Origin: Octopus vulgaris
Taxonomy: Eukaryota
Length of the DNA stretch: 64,000 nucleotides
NCBI GenBank assembly: GCA_951406725.2
Contig: OX597820.1
Span: 109,492,001-109,556,000 of the forward strand
Direction: 5' to 3'
In this document: positions 39,494-51,885 of the stretch, piece after piece
Numbering within the stretch: the stretch's first letter is position 1
How the letters are laid out: the number at the start of each line of letters is the position of its first letter
Notes under the pieces: generated by a model
What the model was told of the DNA's origin: nothing
Seen by the model: only the letters and a program-made list of their open reading frames with translations
Databases searched by the model: none
Program-made: the position numbers and the translations under genes

Positions 39494-42400
39494 CTATAAG
39501 GCCCCGCAGCTTTTCTTTCCTCTCCTCCATCCATAGTTAAGCTGGGTTTCTGACACCCACCTTTTTTGCCACTTCCTTCCATCTTTTTCATACACACCTC
39601 GTGGTAAGATCTTCTTTTCCAGCCCCATTTTGCTCTTCAGATGATATCTGAAGTAAGTGAGCAAGCCGGGGCCTGAGACAAAGGATCCTATTGCGACTCC
39701 TTCCATTCTTGTACGCCACATGCATTCTTTTACTACTGCAACTGTGCAGTGAAAACATGCCTCACCTTCCTTCGAGAGTCCAGTTGGCGGTATCATCTTA
39801 ATCATAGACTCAGCCGACAGCTGTACTCGTCCCAGATGCGATAACACGTGTTCTGCGTAACTTATCAAGTCTGACAACTTCTGACAGTGTACAAAAGCGT
39901 GCTGGACGGTTTCATCGTCCAACCCGCATCTTGGACACGTCGGTGGCACTGAAATTCCGTGCCGCGATAACTTAGAAATTATCCAAATACCCCGTCCTGA
40001 AAGTCTTTTTAAACAGGTTGGTAAGCTGGTCTTCGTCAAACCCCAGAGCCCCTCCTAGGACGTCGTCGTTCTTTGCCTCTACCAGCCTGCTATAAAATAC
40101 CGAGGTAGTATTTCCGCAGCTGGCCTTGCCCGCCTTGTGGATCAGCGTGAGTGCCTGTCGGCACTCCTTTTGCCATAAAGTCAGATTCCGTCTTTTGATG
40201 CGACCGGGTTTAAAATTCACTAGGGAAGCCGGTCTCGGGAAAAATTCCCCTGCCAGTGGACTCCACACCTTATCACCCTCCAGGTGGTGCCAGAGATGCT
40301 TCAGCCTCAACGCATGCCTGCGCATCATCAACCAAGGCATTCCTAACCCACCCTTTAACGGTTCCTGGCAGCAAACGGAGCGCCTCACAAGTGGCTTTCC
40401 TCCCTTCCACAAAAAGCGGAAAAGGATTCGCTCCAACTTGCTAAGCCATGAATCGGGGCAAGGGACAGCGGTCAGGCGGTGATTACAGATGCAATGAACA
40501 TCTGTGCCACCTCCGCCCTTCCTTTCAAGGACAGAGACCTCCCGGACCAGGTTCGTACTATGGCCTCCACCTTGTTCGTCACCTCACTCCAATTCCTCTC
40601 CGTTTGGGAGTCTGACCCAAACCAAACTCCTAGCAACTTAACAGGACCATCCGTCCAGTGTCCCACGACACTGGACGATATCGACTTGCTCCTCCAGGTG
40701 CCGAGGCGTAAGCCAACCGACTTGTCCTTGTTAACCCTTGCTCCTGCCACCGCCTCGTATCCTCTGATAGCATCTTCTACACAAGGTAGCTGGGGCTCAT
40801 TGGACACGATGAGGGTGACGTCATCCGCATAAGCAGTAACCGTCCTCCCACCTCCGATCTCATCCGGGTTACTTCCCAGCCTCTCCAACTTTCGCAGCAA
40901 TGGCTCGAGAGCCAACACGTACAAAAGTGGTGACAAGGGGCACCCTTGACGAACTGAATATTCAATCGAAAACGGTTCCGTTAGGTATCCATTTATCTGG
41001 ACGGTGGACTTGATGCCGCTATACATAGCGGAGATCCACCCGCGAAATTCAGGGCCCAGTCCAGCCACTTCGAGGACCGTCGCCAGGTACTTATCGAACG
41101 CTTTACTTTGGTCTAAATGGACCATTACCCCACCCTTGCCGGTTAATTTACCCACCCTATCTAAGGTGTAGCGTATAAGGTGAAGATTGTCCTGGATCGA
41201 CCTGCCTGGAATTGCACATGTCTGTGCTTTCCCTACAAGTTTCTCCACGACAATCGTCAACCTTTTTGCCAACACCTTGGCCAAAATCTTTAACTCTACA
41301 TTAAGTAGAGTTATGGGCCTGTAATTACTAATGTTATCCCCCTTGCTCGGGTCTTTCTGGATTAGCGTCACCACTCCCTGGCTTACAGAACTGGGAATTC
41401 TCCCATTCTGCTGCCAGTTCGTGTAGACGCCTGCCAATATTCTCCCAAACAAGTCCGGCATACTTTGGTAAAACTCGTAGGGCAGACCATCCAACCCCGG
41501 CGACTTCTCCCTGGCGCATCCGGCCAGTATCCCCTCTATCTCTGCGGGAGTGATCGCTTCTTCACAGCACTCCACCTCACGCCCCGAGAGCCGCGGTCCG
41601 CCGGCTAGGAAGTCCTTTAAGGCCCTCCCCCGCTCCGGCCCCACACCACCCCCGAACGCGCGGGCGAAATGCTGGTGAAGAAACTTTTGCATCTCCTCCT
41701 GTCCATAGATCTTTTGTACCTGTTCGTCAGTTAAAGACTTGATTGAAGCTTTGTTACCTCTCTGACTCTCCACTCGACGGGCCCATCCGGCAACGTTAAT
41801 ACCTTCTCGTTTCCCAGCGCGTAGCTTAGCTCTAACTCTGCAACCTTCGTGTTTGGAGTTAAGGTGACGGTACAATACTGTCCTTGCCGCCATCACTCCG
41901 GATGCAGAGCCAGCTTCCATTGCCTCGTTTAGATTCTTAACTAAATCGTCCTCTATCCTAGACCTATCTAATCTTAGCTGATTGCTAAATCTAATGGACT
42001 CTGAACGAATGGCTCTTTTGAGGGAGTGCCACCATCTATTGTTAATGATGGTGCCACACAATGCCCTCTGTACTAACACCTTAATCCGGGTACGGAAGTC
42101 TTCACAATTCAAAATAGACTTGTTCAGCTTCCAGTACCCGGGTCCCTGTCTATGGCACTTATCTAATTGCACCCTACAAGTCACAAATTTGTGATCTGTG
42201 TAAGGCACAATGTGAAACTGTGGACAACTAAACGTATCCTTATCTCTTTTCCTAACGAATATCCTATTTATATACGATCTGTGTGAGCCGTCGTTGTTAC
42301 TCCACGTCCACTGTGGAACGCTCGGCTCATCCAGTCGATAACGGTCCACTAGATCAAAGCTCTCTAGTAGACCCTTGAGGCTAGGGTTCCCCTTCCTATT

Positions 42401-42859
42401 GGTTGAGCCAACACTGTCGACCCGCGCTTCAAGGACAGTGTTAAAGTCCCGTACTAAGACTACCGTTTTCGACGTCGCTAAAAAGGGCTCCAGATTCTGA
42501 AAAAAAACCGCCTGCCTACACTCATTCGGAGCGTAGACAGCTACCAACCTGAAGGACTGTTTACTTACGTGGGTCACATCCAGAACGACCAGCCTGCCTT
42601 CTGGGTCCAGAAAGACAGTACTTACCTGCAAGTCCAAGCTCTTCCTGACAAGGACTGCCACGCCTCTTCCTCTTCCTCGGCTAGGAGAAATAAATTTCTC
42701 GAAACCATTTAGAAGAGGCGAGAACGCTTGGGCCCCGTTCATCTTGGACTCGGTTACAATAGCTACGTCCACTCCGTGTGTCGTGAGGTTGTTCAGGAAA
42801 CAAATTTGTTTCCATTTCGACCCCATTCCACGCACATTTACACAACCCAGCTTTGCCAT
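39494..42859 (-). pseudogene. L1/Tx1 ORF2 (APE endonuclease, RT, C-terminal CCHC), frameshifted
   Basis: CVNVRG, YAPN, DFN and TDH (EN); SPGLDGLPYEFY, QGCPLSP and YADD (RT); CPRC...HAFVHC; breaks at ~40472 and ~39972. Confidence 0.92.
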
Positions 42860-42886
42860 TGTCGGAGAGAGAAAAAATAAACAAAC

Positions 42887-44322
42887 TTACAGTTGGGACA
42901 GGGAGCATGACAGTTTAAATCTGCCTGCTTCCCCTTCTTCCTCCCTTGTGGTCGTAGCTGCAGGGCTCTTAACCGGCGTTGCCATCAGGTTCTGGGTAGG
43001 TGTGGTTGCCGGGGTTATAATGAGTTTACCCTCCATTATTTCATTCGTTACATCTCTGATGAGATTATTCTTTAAATGTTCTTGTAGTGTTTTTTCCTTC
43101 CACTCGTCTTCCTTTATTTTCGCAAAGCGAGTGGTTGATTTTGTGTCTGTAGACTTACTGAATAGTTTAAATTTTGAAAATTTGAAATACTCGTACACCC
43201 TATCGTTCTTCTCGTCAAATGCTATAATTTTTTCATTTTTTTTTATCAATTTTTTCAAATCTTGTTTTATGGGGAGGGGCTTGGCGAACTGTGTTCCAAT
43301 GAATACAGTGCCGTGGGGGTAGGGCTGGGGAATTTGTTTTTTATGTATCTCTGCGGTGTTTGCTGATTTTTTCTTTGTTTGGGGAGGAGAGTCCAGGGTG
43401 TTATCTTTTTTTCTTTTGTGTGTCACCTGTGTAAAGTCCATTTGTTCATTTTCATCTTCTGTTTCGGTTCCTTTCCTTGTCGCAGTCTTGGGTTCTTTTT
43501 CCGCCTTTTCTTTTTCAGTGTTTGAAGCACTTTGAGGAGGGGCTTCGTTGATTTTCTTTTTTTTATGCAGTTTGAGCGGACGTGACCCTTTTCACCACAT
43601 TTGAAGCACCTAGGTCTGCGCCCCTCCACTGACACTTTCATTGAAGTTCCCTCCTCATTAAATACCCTATCGGGTAAGTTTTCTAGTATCTTATTTTCTG
43701 CTTGAACGAGGAGTTCTAGCGTTTGTCCTTTCCAGTGCACCTCCTCTTTCCTTCTCATCTGCAGTATTGAAACTTCCCGCTCTACGTTGTGCAGGACTGC
43801 CGCTGCTACCCACATTATGCCATACCCTCTTAGTATATCCTCTACATGTAGTTTGGCTGTTCTTTTCCCCATATACGAGGGTAGCAACATGATATCCTCA
43901 CTGTTCAAGGTCATTGATGAGACCTCTCTTGCCACATCAGCCGAGTCGAAATGTGCTTCAACGGTAGCGCTGCGAGCACCTCGAACAACGTGGCGAATTT
44001 TGTCCCACACCGGGGACAAGCACTTTTCTACTATCTCGTTCTTGACATCCATTATTTTTTTTTCTTTGTTGCTATAAACTTTGTATACAACTGTCTTTGC
44101 CTTTATTTCCTGTACCTTCGCTTGCAGCGGTACCAGTTTAATTTCATTTCCTTCCGTTTTTACCAAGTTCCGGTATTCGAATAACTGTTCAATCTTAAAT
44201 TCTACATCCGTTACGGTTCCGCCCACTGCGGCCGAAAAAGACTGTTTTTTGACTTCGGTATCCTTTTGTTCACCTTTTCCCATCACGGGAAAGTCACTCT
44301 TCGACGCCAAGTTGAAATCCAT
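42887..44322 (-). pseudogene. L1/Tx1 ORF1 (gag-like, CCHC knuckle), one frameshift near 43500
   Basis: GRRPRCFKCGEKGHVRSNC; ORFs 43423-44322 and 42887-43441. Confidence 0.85.
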
Positions 44323-44548
44323 TTCTCAAATTATGAGAATAAATGTTTCAAAAAAATTACCTCGAAGGTAATGACAATGTTTAAACACAGAATTTTCTGC
44401 CCCGTAGGGCGAAAATTACTGTTATACAACGGACAACTGTTCAATTCACGAGTAACACAAACAACGACGAACAAAAAATACAAACTCACTCAACAAAAAG
44501 GCAGCAAAATTCTCAAAACGCAGATGAAAGAGGGGTCCCTAGACGAAT

Positions 44549-44642
44549 AAAGTGAGTTATATACAGTAGCGGTAACATATCGTGATGTATATTTGCCATT
44601 TCAATATGGCTACCCCTAAGGGTAGATGCTACTGTAGTTTTT
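44549..44642 (-). repeat. Fragment of the 352-bp unit at the LINE 5' flank
   Basis: Matches ~39020-39115. Confidence 0.85.
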
Positions 44643-44643
44643 A

Positions 44644-45099
44644 CTGGAAAAAGTATAAGTATTTGTGAAGGAAATCTAATTCTCGCCGACAACTATGATT
44701 GTCACACGCTGACAAGAGGTCAATACCTCGAAACTCGAGTCCATGTGTATCATAAGTTGAAGACGGGAAGGATGACTTCCCTTTGCAAATACTGACAGGA
44801 CACAGAAAGTGTGTCTATGGCCAGCTGGAGAAGTGTGTCCGCCTGGGGCTAAAAACTACAGTAGCATCCACCCTTAGGGGTAGCCATATTGAAATGGCAA
44901 ATATACGTCACGATGTGTTAACGCTACTGTATATAACTCACTTTGATATTTATCATTGTTTGATTTCACTTTTTCAATATCAGCGACAGTGGACGCTGGA
45001 AAAAGTATAAGTATTTGTGAAGGAAATCTAATTCTCGCCGACAACTATAATTGTCACACGCTGACGAGAGGTCAATACCTCGAAACTTGAGTTCGTGTG
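44644..45099 (+). mobile_element. Tandem hammerhead repeat (352-bp monomer plus start of a second): candidate non-LTR retrozyme
   Basis: ctggaaaaag at 44644 and 44996; hammerheads at 44703-44747 (core CTGACAA, G8 mutated) and 45055-45099; no credible ORF. Confidence 0.8.
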
Positions 45100-48000
45100 T
45101 CATGCTCCCTGTCCCAACCGTAAGTTTGTTTATTTTTTCTCTCACCGACAATGGCAAAGCTGGGTTGTGTGAATGTGCGTGGAATGGAAACAAATTTGTT
45201 TCCTGAACGACCTCACGACACACGGAGTGGACGTAGCTGTTGTAACCGAGTCCAAGATGAACGGGGCCCAAGCGTTCTCGCCTCTTCTAAATGGTTTCGA
45301 GAAATTTATTTCTCCTAGCCGAGGAAGAGGAAGAGGCGTGGCAGAGGAAGAGGCGTGGCAAGGACGGTATTGTACCGTCACCTTAACTCCAAACACGAAG
45401 GTTGCAGAGTTAGAGCTAAGCTACGCGCTGGGAAACGAGAAGGTATTAACGTTGCCGGATGGGCCCGTCGAGTGGAGAGTCAGAGAGGTAACAAAGCTTC
45501 AATCAAGTCTTTAACTGACGAACAGGTACAAAAGATCTATGGACAGGAGGAGATGCAAAAGTTTCTTCACCAGCATTTCGCCCGCGCGTTCGGGGGTGGT
45601 GTGGGGCCGGAGCGGGGGAGGGCCTTAAAGGACTTCCTAGCCGGCGGACCGCGGCTCTCGGGGCGTGAGGTGGAGTGCTGTGAAGAAGCGATCACTCCCG
45701 CAGAGATAGAGGGGATACTGGCCGGATGCGCCGGGGTTGGATGGTCTGCCGTATGAGTTTTACCAAAGTATGCCGGACTTGTTCGGGGGAATATGGGCAG
45801 GCGTCTACACGAACTGGCAGCAGAATGGGAGAATTCCCAGTTCTGTAAGCCAGGGAGTGGTGATGCTAATCCAGAAAGACCCGAGCAAGGGGGATAACAT
45901 TAGTAATTACAGGCCCATAACTCTACTTAATGTAGAGTTAAAGATTTTGGCCAAGGTGTTGGCAAAAAGGTTGACGATTGTCGTGGAGAAACTTGTAGGG
46001 AAAGCACAGACATGTGCAATTCCAGGCAGGTTGATCCAAGACAATCTTCACCTTATACGCTACACATTAGATAGGGTGGGTAAATTAACCGGCAAGGGTG
46101 GGGTAATGGTCCATTTAGACCAAAGTAAAGCGTTCGATAAGTACCTGGCGACGGTCCTCGAAGCGGCTGGACTGGGCCCTGAATTTCGCGGGTGGATCTC
46201 CGCTATGTATAGCGGCATCAAGTCCACCGTCCAGATAAATGGATACCTAACGGAACCGTTTTCGATTGAATATTCAGTTCGTCAAGGGTGCCCCTTGTCA
46301 CCACTTTTGTACGTGTTGGCTCTCGAGCCATTGCTGCGAAAGTTGGAGAGGCTGGGAAGTAACCCGGATGAGATCGGAGGTGGGAGGACGGTTACTGCTT
46401 ATGCGGATGACGTCACCCTCATCGTGTCCAATGAGCCCCAGCTACCTTGTGTAGAAGATGCTATCAGAGGATACGAGGCGGTGGCAGGAGCAAGGGTTAA
46501 CAAGGACAAGTCGGTTGGCTTACGCCTCGGCACCTGGAGGAGCAAGTCGATATCGTCCAGTGTCGTGGGACACTGGACGGATGGTCCTGTTAAGTTGCTA
46601 GGAGTTTGGTTTGGGTCAGACTCCCAAACGGAGAGGAATTGGAGTGAGGTGACGAACAAGGTGGAGGCCATAGTACGAACCTGGTCCGGGAGGTCTCTGT
46701 CCTTGAAAGGAAGGGCGGAGGTGGCACAGATGTTCATTGCATCTGTAATCACCGCCTGACCGCTGTCCCTTGCCCCGATTCATGGCTTAGCAAGTTGGAG
46801 CGAATCCTTTTCCGCTTTTTGTGGAAGGGAGGAAAGCCACTTGTGAGGCGCTCCGTTTGCTGCCAGGAACCGTTAAAGGGTGGGTTAGGAATGCCTTGGT
46901 TGATGATGCGCAGGCATGCGTTGAGGCTGAAGCATCTCTGGCACCACCTGGAGGGTGATAAGGTGTGGAGTCCGCTGGCAGGGGAATTTTTCCCGAGACC
47001 GGCTTCCCTAGTGAATTTTAAACCCGGTCGCATCAAAAGACGGAATCTGACTTTATGGCAAAAGGAGTGCCGACAGGCACTCACGCTGATCCACAAGGCG
47101 GGCAAGGCCAGCTGCGGAAATACTACCTCGGTATTTTATAGCAGGCTGGTAGAGGCAAAGAACGACGACGTCCTAGGAGGGGCTCTGAGCTTTGACGAAG
47201 ACCAGCTTACCAACCTGTTTAAAAAGACTTTCAGGACGGGGTATTTGGATAATTTCCAAAGATCCCTGGCCTGGCAGTGTTATAGGAATGCTTTACCTGT
47301 TCGCGAGAAGTTATCGCGGCACGGAATTTCAGTGCCACCGACGTGTCCAAGATGCGGGTTGGACGATGAAACCGTCCAGCACGCTTTTGTACACTGTCGG
47401 AAGTTGTCAGACTTGATAAGTTACGCAGAACACGTGTTATCGCATCTGGGACGAGTACAGCTGTCGGCTGAGTCTATGATTAAGATGATACCACCAACTG
47501 GACTCTCGAAGGAAGGTGAGGCATGTTTTCACTGCACGGTTGCAGTAGTAAAAGAATGCATGTGGCGTACAAGAATGGAAGGAGTCGCAATAGGATCCTT
47601 TGTCTCAGGCCCCGGCTTGCTCACTTACTTCAGATATCATCTGAAGAGCAAAATGGGGCTGGAAAAGAAGATCTTACCACGAGGTGTGTATGAAAAAGAT
47701 GGAAGGAAGTGGCAAAAAAGGTGGGTGTCAGAAACCCAGCTTAACTATGGATGGAGGAGAGGAAAGAAAAGCTGCGGGGCCTTATAGGTTGCCGGGGTTT
47801 AAAATATCGGTAAGATCGCAAGTTAATGTAATGTTGTAATGTTCTATTGGTCATGCAAAGGACAATTTAAATACAAATTTTGTATAATGAATAATCCAAA
47901 TGTTATGGAAAATTTTTAATCGAACCACTTAACTGTTTTTTGTATGTATGTCCTGTATTGTCCTTCTATGTAATGATTTTCTAATCGTAATAAAGAAATT
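45100..48000 (+). mobile_element. Inverted, internally deleted duplicate of the L1/Tx1 LINE (ORF2 and 3' UTR)
   Basis: Near-identical reverse complement of 39281-42910; lacks ORF1 and most of the EN; shares the ASVITA* break. Confidence 0.92.
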
Positions 48001-48229
48001 CGCCGACAACTATGATTGTCACACGCTGACGAGAGGTCAATACCTCGAAACTCGAGTCCGTGTGTATCATAAGTTGAAGACGGGAAGGATGACTTCTCTT
48101 TGCAAATACTGACAGGACACAGAAAGTGTGTCTATGGCCAGCTGGAGAAGTGTGTCCTCCTGGGGCTAAAAACTACAGTAGCATCCACCCTTAGGGGTAG
48201 CTATATTGATATGGCAAATATACGTCACT
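48001..48229 (+). mobile_element. Partial 352-bp retrozyme-like unit
   Basis: Mirror of ~39050-39280; ends in (TA)n. Confidence 0.85.
48020..48064 (+). ncRNA. Intact minimal type I hammerhead ribozyme
   Basis: cacacg CTGACGA gaggt-caat-acctc GAAAC tcga GTC cgtgtg; predicted cleavage after 48058. Confidence 0.9.
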
Positions 48230-48311
48230 ATATATATGTATATATATATGTGTGTATATATATGTGTATATATGTATATATATATGTATATATATATATA
48301 TATATGTATAT

Positions 48312-48635
48312 ATCATCATCATCATCATCATCGTTTAACGTTCGCTTTCCATGCTAGCATGGGTTGGACGGTTCAACTGGGATCTGGCAAGCCCGAAGGC
48401 TGCACCAGGCCAGTCAGATCTGGCAGTGTTTCTACAGCTGGATGCCCTTCCTAACGCCAACCACTCCGAGAGTGTAGTGGGTGATTTTATGTGCCACCGA
48501 CACAGGTGCCAGACGAGGCTGGCAGACGGTCACGCTCGGATGGTGTTTTTTATGTGCCACCGACACAGGTGCCAGATGAGGCTGGCAGACGGCCACGCTC
48601 GGATGGTGTTTTTTATGTGCCACCGACACAGGTGT
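48312..48635 (-). mobile_element. RTE family 1 3' UTR and tail
   Basis: Reverse complement of ~34925-35250. Confidence 0.85.
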
Positions 48636-48710
48636 ATATATATGTATATATATATATATATATGTATGTATATATATATATATATATGTGAAATATATAT
48701 ATATACTATT

Positions 48711-48771
48711 ATGACCTGTCGTTGCCGGGTCATAGTGCTAATAATATATATGTATACATATTACATGTACA

Positions 48772-48813
<42 letters not shown>

Positions 48814-49296
48814 AAATACAAAATACAAAGTTATATCTTGATATCGCTAGTGATAACAATACTCAAAATATATAACAGATTGGAATTGTAGGCCCGTCTC
48901 TTGCAATTTCGATCAATTGTATCTTGTCCTCCCTCTTGTATAGAAGTGTGGCTACAATCCAGCCTACCTCTACTTCTGGGGGGACATTTTAAATTTTTAT
49001 CTGGGACGTAGGACGTGCCGGATAAAAATTAAAAATGTCCCCCCTAACAGAAATTGAGGTAGGCTGGATTGTAGCCACACTTCTATACAAGAGGGAGTAC
49101 AAGATAAAATTGATCGAAATTGCAAGAGACAGGCTTACAATTCCAGTCTGTTATATATTTTGAATATTGTTATCACTAGTGATATCAAGATATAACTTTG
49201 TATTTTGTATTTTATGTGTAGATGTATATATATATAGATGTAATATGTACCCATATATACATGCACTAGCACTATGACCCGGCAACGACGGGTCAT
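48711..49296. repeat. Quasi-palindrome (~290-bp arms, centre ~49008) built from a Tx1 ORF1 fragment plus flank also present at 52630-52890
   Basis: gtaggctggattgtagccacacttctatacaag at ~49060 (+), ~48935 (-) and ~52690 (+). Confidence 0.88.
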
Positions 49297-49700
49297 GATG
49301 CTAGTCTCTATATAAAACTGAGAATGTGTGTCTGTCTGTCTGTCTGTGTTTCCCTAAAACTTGAGAACTACACAACCAATTTCATTCAAATTTTACACAT
49401 GCCTTACTTAGGGTCCATGTAGTTTCATGGGCAAAAAAAAATGTTCAACTTCTTGCCTAGGGCAAGCCCATAGCAATATCATATCTTCTCCACTATTTCA
49501 GTATTACGTGTTAATAGTGAAACAAAAACATCTTTTTTATGTCAGATACTTTCACTTTAACTATAAAAATTAGAGATAATAACAATTGAATTATATGTAG
49601 TAAGTAATAATTAAAATCAAACTATATAATAATTAAATCGTAACATAACAATTAATAGTAAAAATAACAATTGGTATAAAATTGCATCAATGACTTGAAC
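49266..49700 (+). mobile_element. Helitron 3' end (hairpin plus CTAG at 49301-49304) joined head-to-tail to a Helitron 5' part (TC at 49305)
   Basis: atgacccg-gcaacga-cgggtcat gatg CTAG, then TCTCTATATAAAA..gtctgtctgt..caaccaatttcattcaaatttt; right boundary approximate. Confidence 0.65.
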
Positions 49701-49868
49701 TTGAATAAGGAATAAAAAAATTAAAATTTAAGTGCAGAAATGGAATAGTCCACATGGAGCTGTGCATAGTTTGTACGTTAGATTATTTGCTAATTAGCTA
49801 GCATTAAGTATCTATATGAAGTTTGGCTGTATGTAATGTCTGTTTTCTCGAACAGATGCTTCTACTGA

Positions 49869-51691
49869 GTGTCAAAACGTTCTTTGTGTGAAAAGTGTGA
49901 AAAATTGGGAAACTGTAGAGAAAGTCGTCATAACATCGAATTCTTGTAGAAAGAACGTTGTCCCTCCGTCATGGAGACATATGCGAGGCTTACCGCAACG
50001 AGAAATAGCACATCGCTTGTGAAAAAAGATGTAACATTTAAGACGGAAGAAATGAAGAAATACGAACTATATATAAAAGCGTCAAGCTGATCCCTCCAGC
50101 AGAAACAATGGAGGAGAGGAACAACAAAACGATCACATACAGGATACAGGATAGAAACTCGAGGAAAATAGCACGAATATCGGAAGATGATATAGAAAAG
50201 TGTCTTGGAGACATAATGGATAAAGCGACGTACGTAAGCAGAGGGAAGAAGTATGGTACGGTAAAGGTGAAGTTTGCCACAAGTGAAGAGGCGGCCTCGC
50301 TATCTTCCGCTATCCTAAGAACGGAAGAATTCATAATGTTACTCACGTACAAAGGAAGACGAGGCATAAGGATTAAGATCCCAAATATACCGCCGGAGAT
50401 AAAAATGGATTGGCTGGTGTCAGCCATTCTAGGGTCGACTGAAGACAAACCAGAACTGGGGTCTATTACAGAAACCAATATTGTAAACTGGACGGGATTT
50501 GGTGTTGAGATGTGGCTTATGGCCACAATAGAAGACATAGAAAGAATCCCCTTCCAGATAGAAGTGGAAAACGGAACAACAATTGGCATAATTGTAGAAG
50601 GAAGAAGACCCAATTGTTACCTGTATGGAGCAAGAGGCCATATAAGGGCAGAGTGCCCATTATATGAATTTACAGTGAATAAAGAAATAGCAGAAAAAGA
50701 ACAAAATAAGACACAGAGTGGAGAAACTACGGAAGAAGAACAGAGAGAGGAAAAAAAAGAACAGGAGAACGGAAAAAAACAACGCACTGAAAGAGAAAGA
50801 AAACAAGGAAAAAGAAACAACAGAAAAAGAACAAAAGACACAAAGTAGAGAAACAACAGAAAATGAGCACAAGAAAGAACAGAGACAGGAGAAAGGAAAA
50901 AACAACACACTGAAAGAAAAAGAAAATAAAGAAAGTCAGAAGAGAGAAAGGGAGAAACCAAGGGAAGAGAATAAAGAAGCAGCCAGTCCTAAAAGGAAGA
51001 CAAGGGAACACTCAACAGAAACCACAGTTTCGAAATGGGGGTACAAATTTTATGGAGCATTGGTAGTATACAGGATCTGCCCTGAAATGGACGAAATAAT
51101 AGGGAGAACAAGAAGAACATCATGGGTTAGGATGGGAACTGAGTTTGAGGCGGGTGCTCTAGTCCACGAGGACAGTTACCATGAGTTCATGGTGGCCGCT
51201 GGAGAGTATGTGGTGGATCACTGGAAGTGTCGGTTGAAAGATCGTCCATCTCGCGTGAAGAGATACGACACACTAGTGCACGAAATAGAATATATTTAAA
51301 ATTGTGGAAAAGGAGTCAAAAAAGAAAAATTTTGTTAGCGAAAGGTATTTTTGAAATTATGTGAAATTTTTGTGTGGTAAATTTTGTGATTTAAAAGTGT
51401 CAAAAAAGGAAAAATCTCTGCTAACGAAATGTATTTTGGAAATTCTGTGGAGTTTTTGTGTTGTGAACTTTGTGAATTCAGTAGTAATTTTTGAAAAAAA
51501 CCATTATGGGAAGGACTGACGAAATGTAACCACTCGATTTCGGGGATCGAGTGGACATTACACCGCATTGTAATATCTTTTCATAACTCATTATTTTTTA
51601 ATTTTCTTCATCTTATTTCATCATCTTTTATTATTTTAAGTTCCCCGATTGTATTGTCCCCTCTTTTATCCTTGTGGGTAATAAAAAAATC
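49869..51691 (+). mobile_element. ORF1-only non-autonomous L1/Tx1 derivative (HAL1-like) with 17-bp TSD
   Basis: TSD acagatgcttctactga at 49852-49868 and 51692-51708; ends ...ggtaataaaaaaatc; no EN or RT. Confidence 0.85.
49971..51299 (+). pseudogene. Gag-like ORF1 (degenerate knuckle CYLYGARGHIRAEC), frameshifted
   Basis: Colinear with ORF1 at 43423-44322 (KTITYRI vs KTVVYKV, IEKCL vs VEKCL, VEGRRPxC). Confidence 0.8.
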
Positions 51692-51885
51692 ACAGATGCT
51701 TCTACTGAATACTGCTGTTGGTTTATTTCTGATCCATAAAGGCCTATAGCTTCAACAGAGTACCACTTTTTGATTCACTATAAGGTTTGTTGTTGTTATT
51801 ATTACTGTTAACTATTGTTATCACGTTTGTTGGTTCCTCGTAAGGGAAGCATTGTTGTGTTGCATTTGTTAAATAATTGTAAACC

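Larger units (their letters stand above)
39281..44548 (-). mobile_element. Full-length L1/Tx1-clade LINE (defective)
   Basis: 5' UTR, ORF1 with zinc knuckle, ORF2 APE-RT-CCHC, 3' UTR ending taataaagaaatt. Confidence 0.92.

Noticed and set aside
44783-45010. 75-85 aa ORF ([10 protein letters not shown]...) in the 352-bp unit, also at 38663-39181 and 48100-48357
   Set aside because: Starts at TTG, has no motif, and recurs only because the DNA is repeated.
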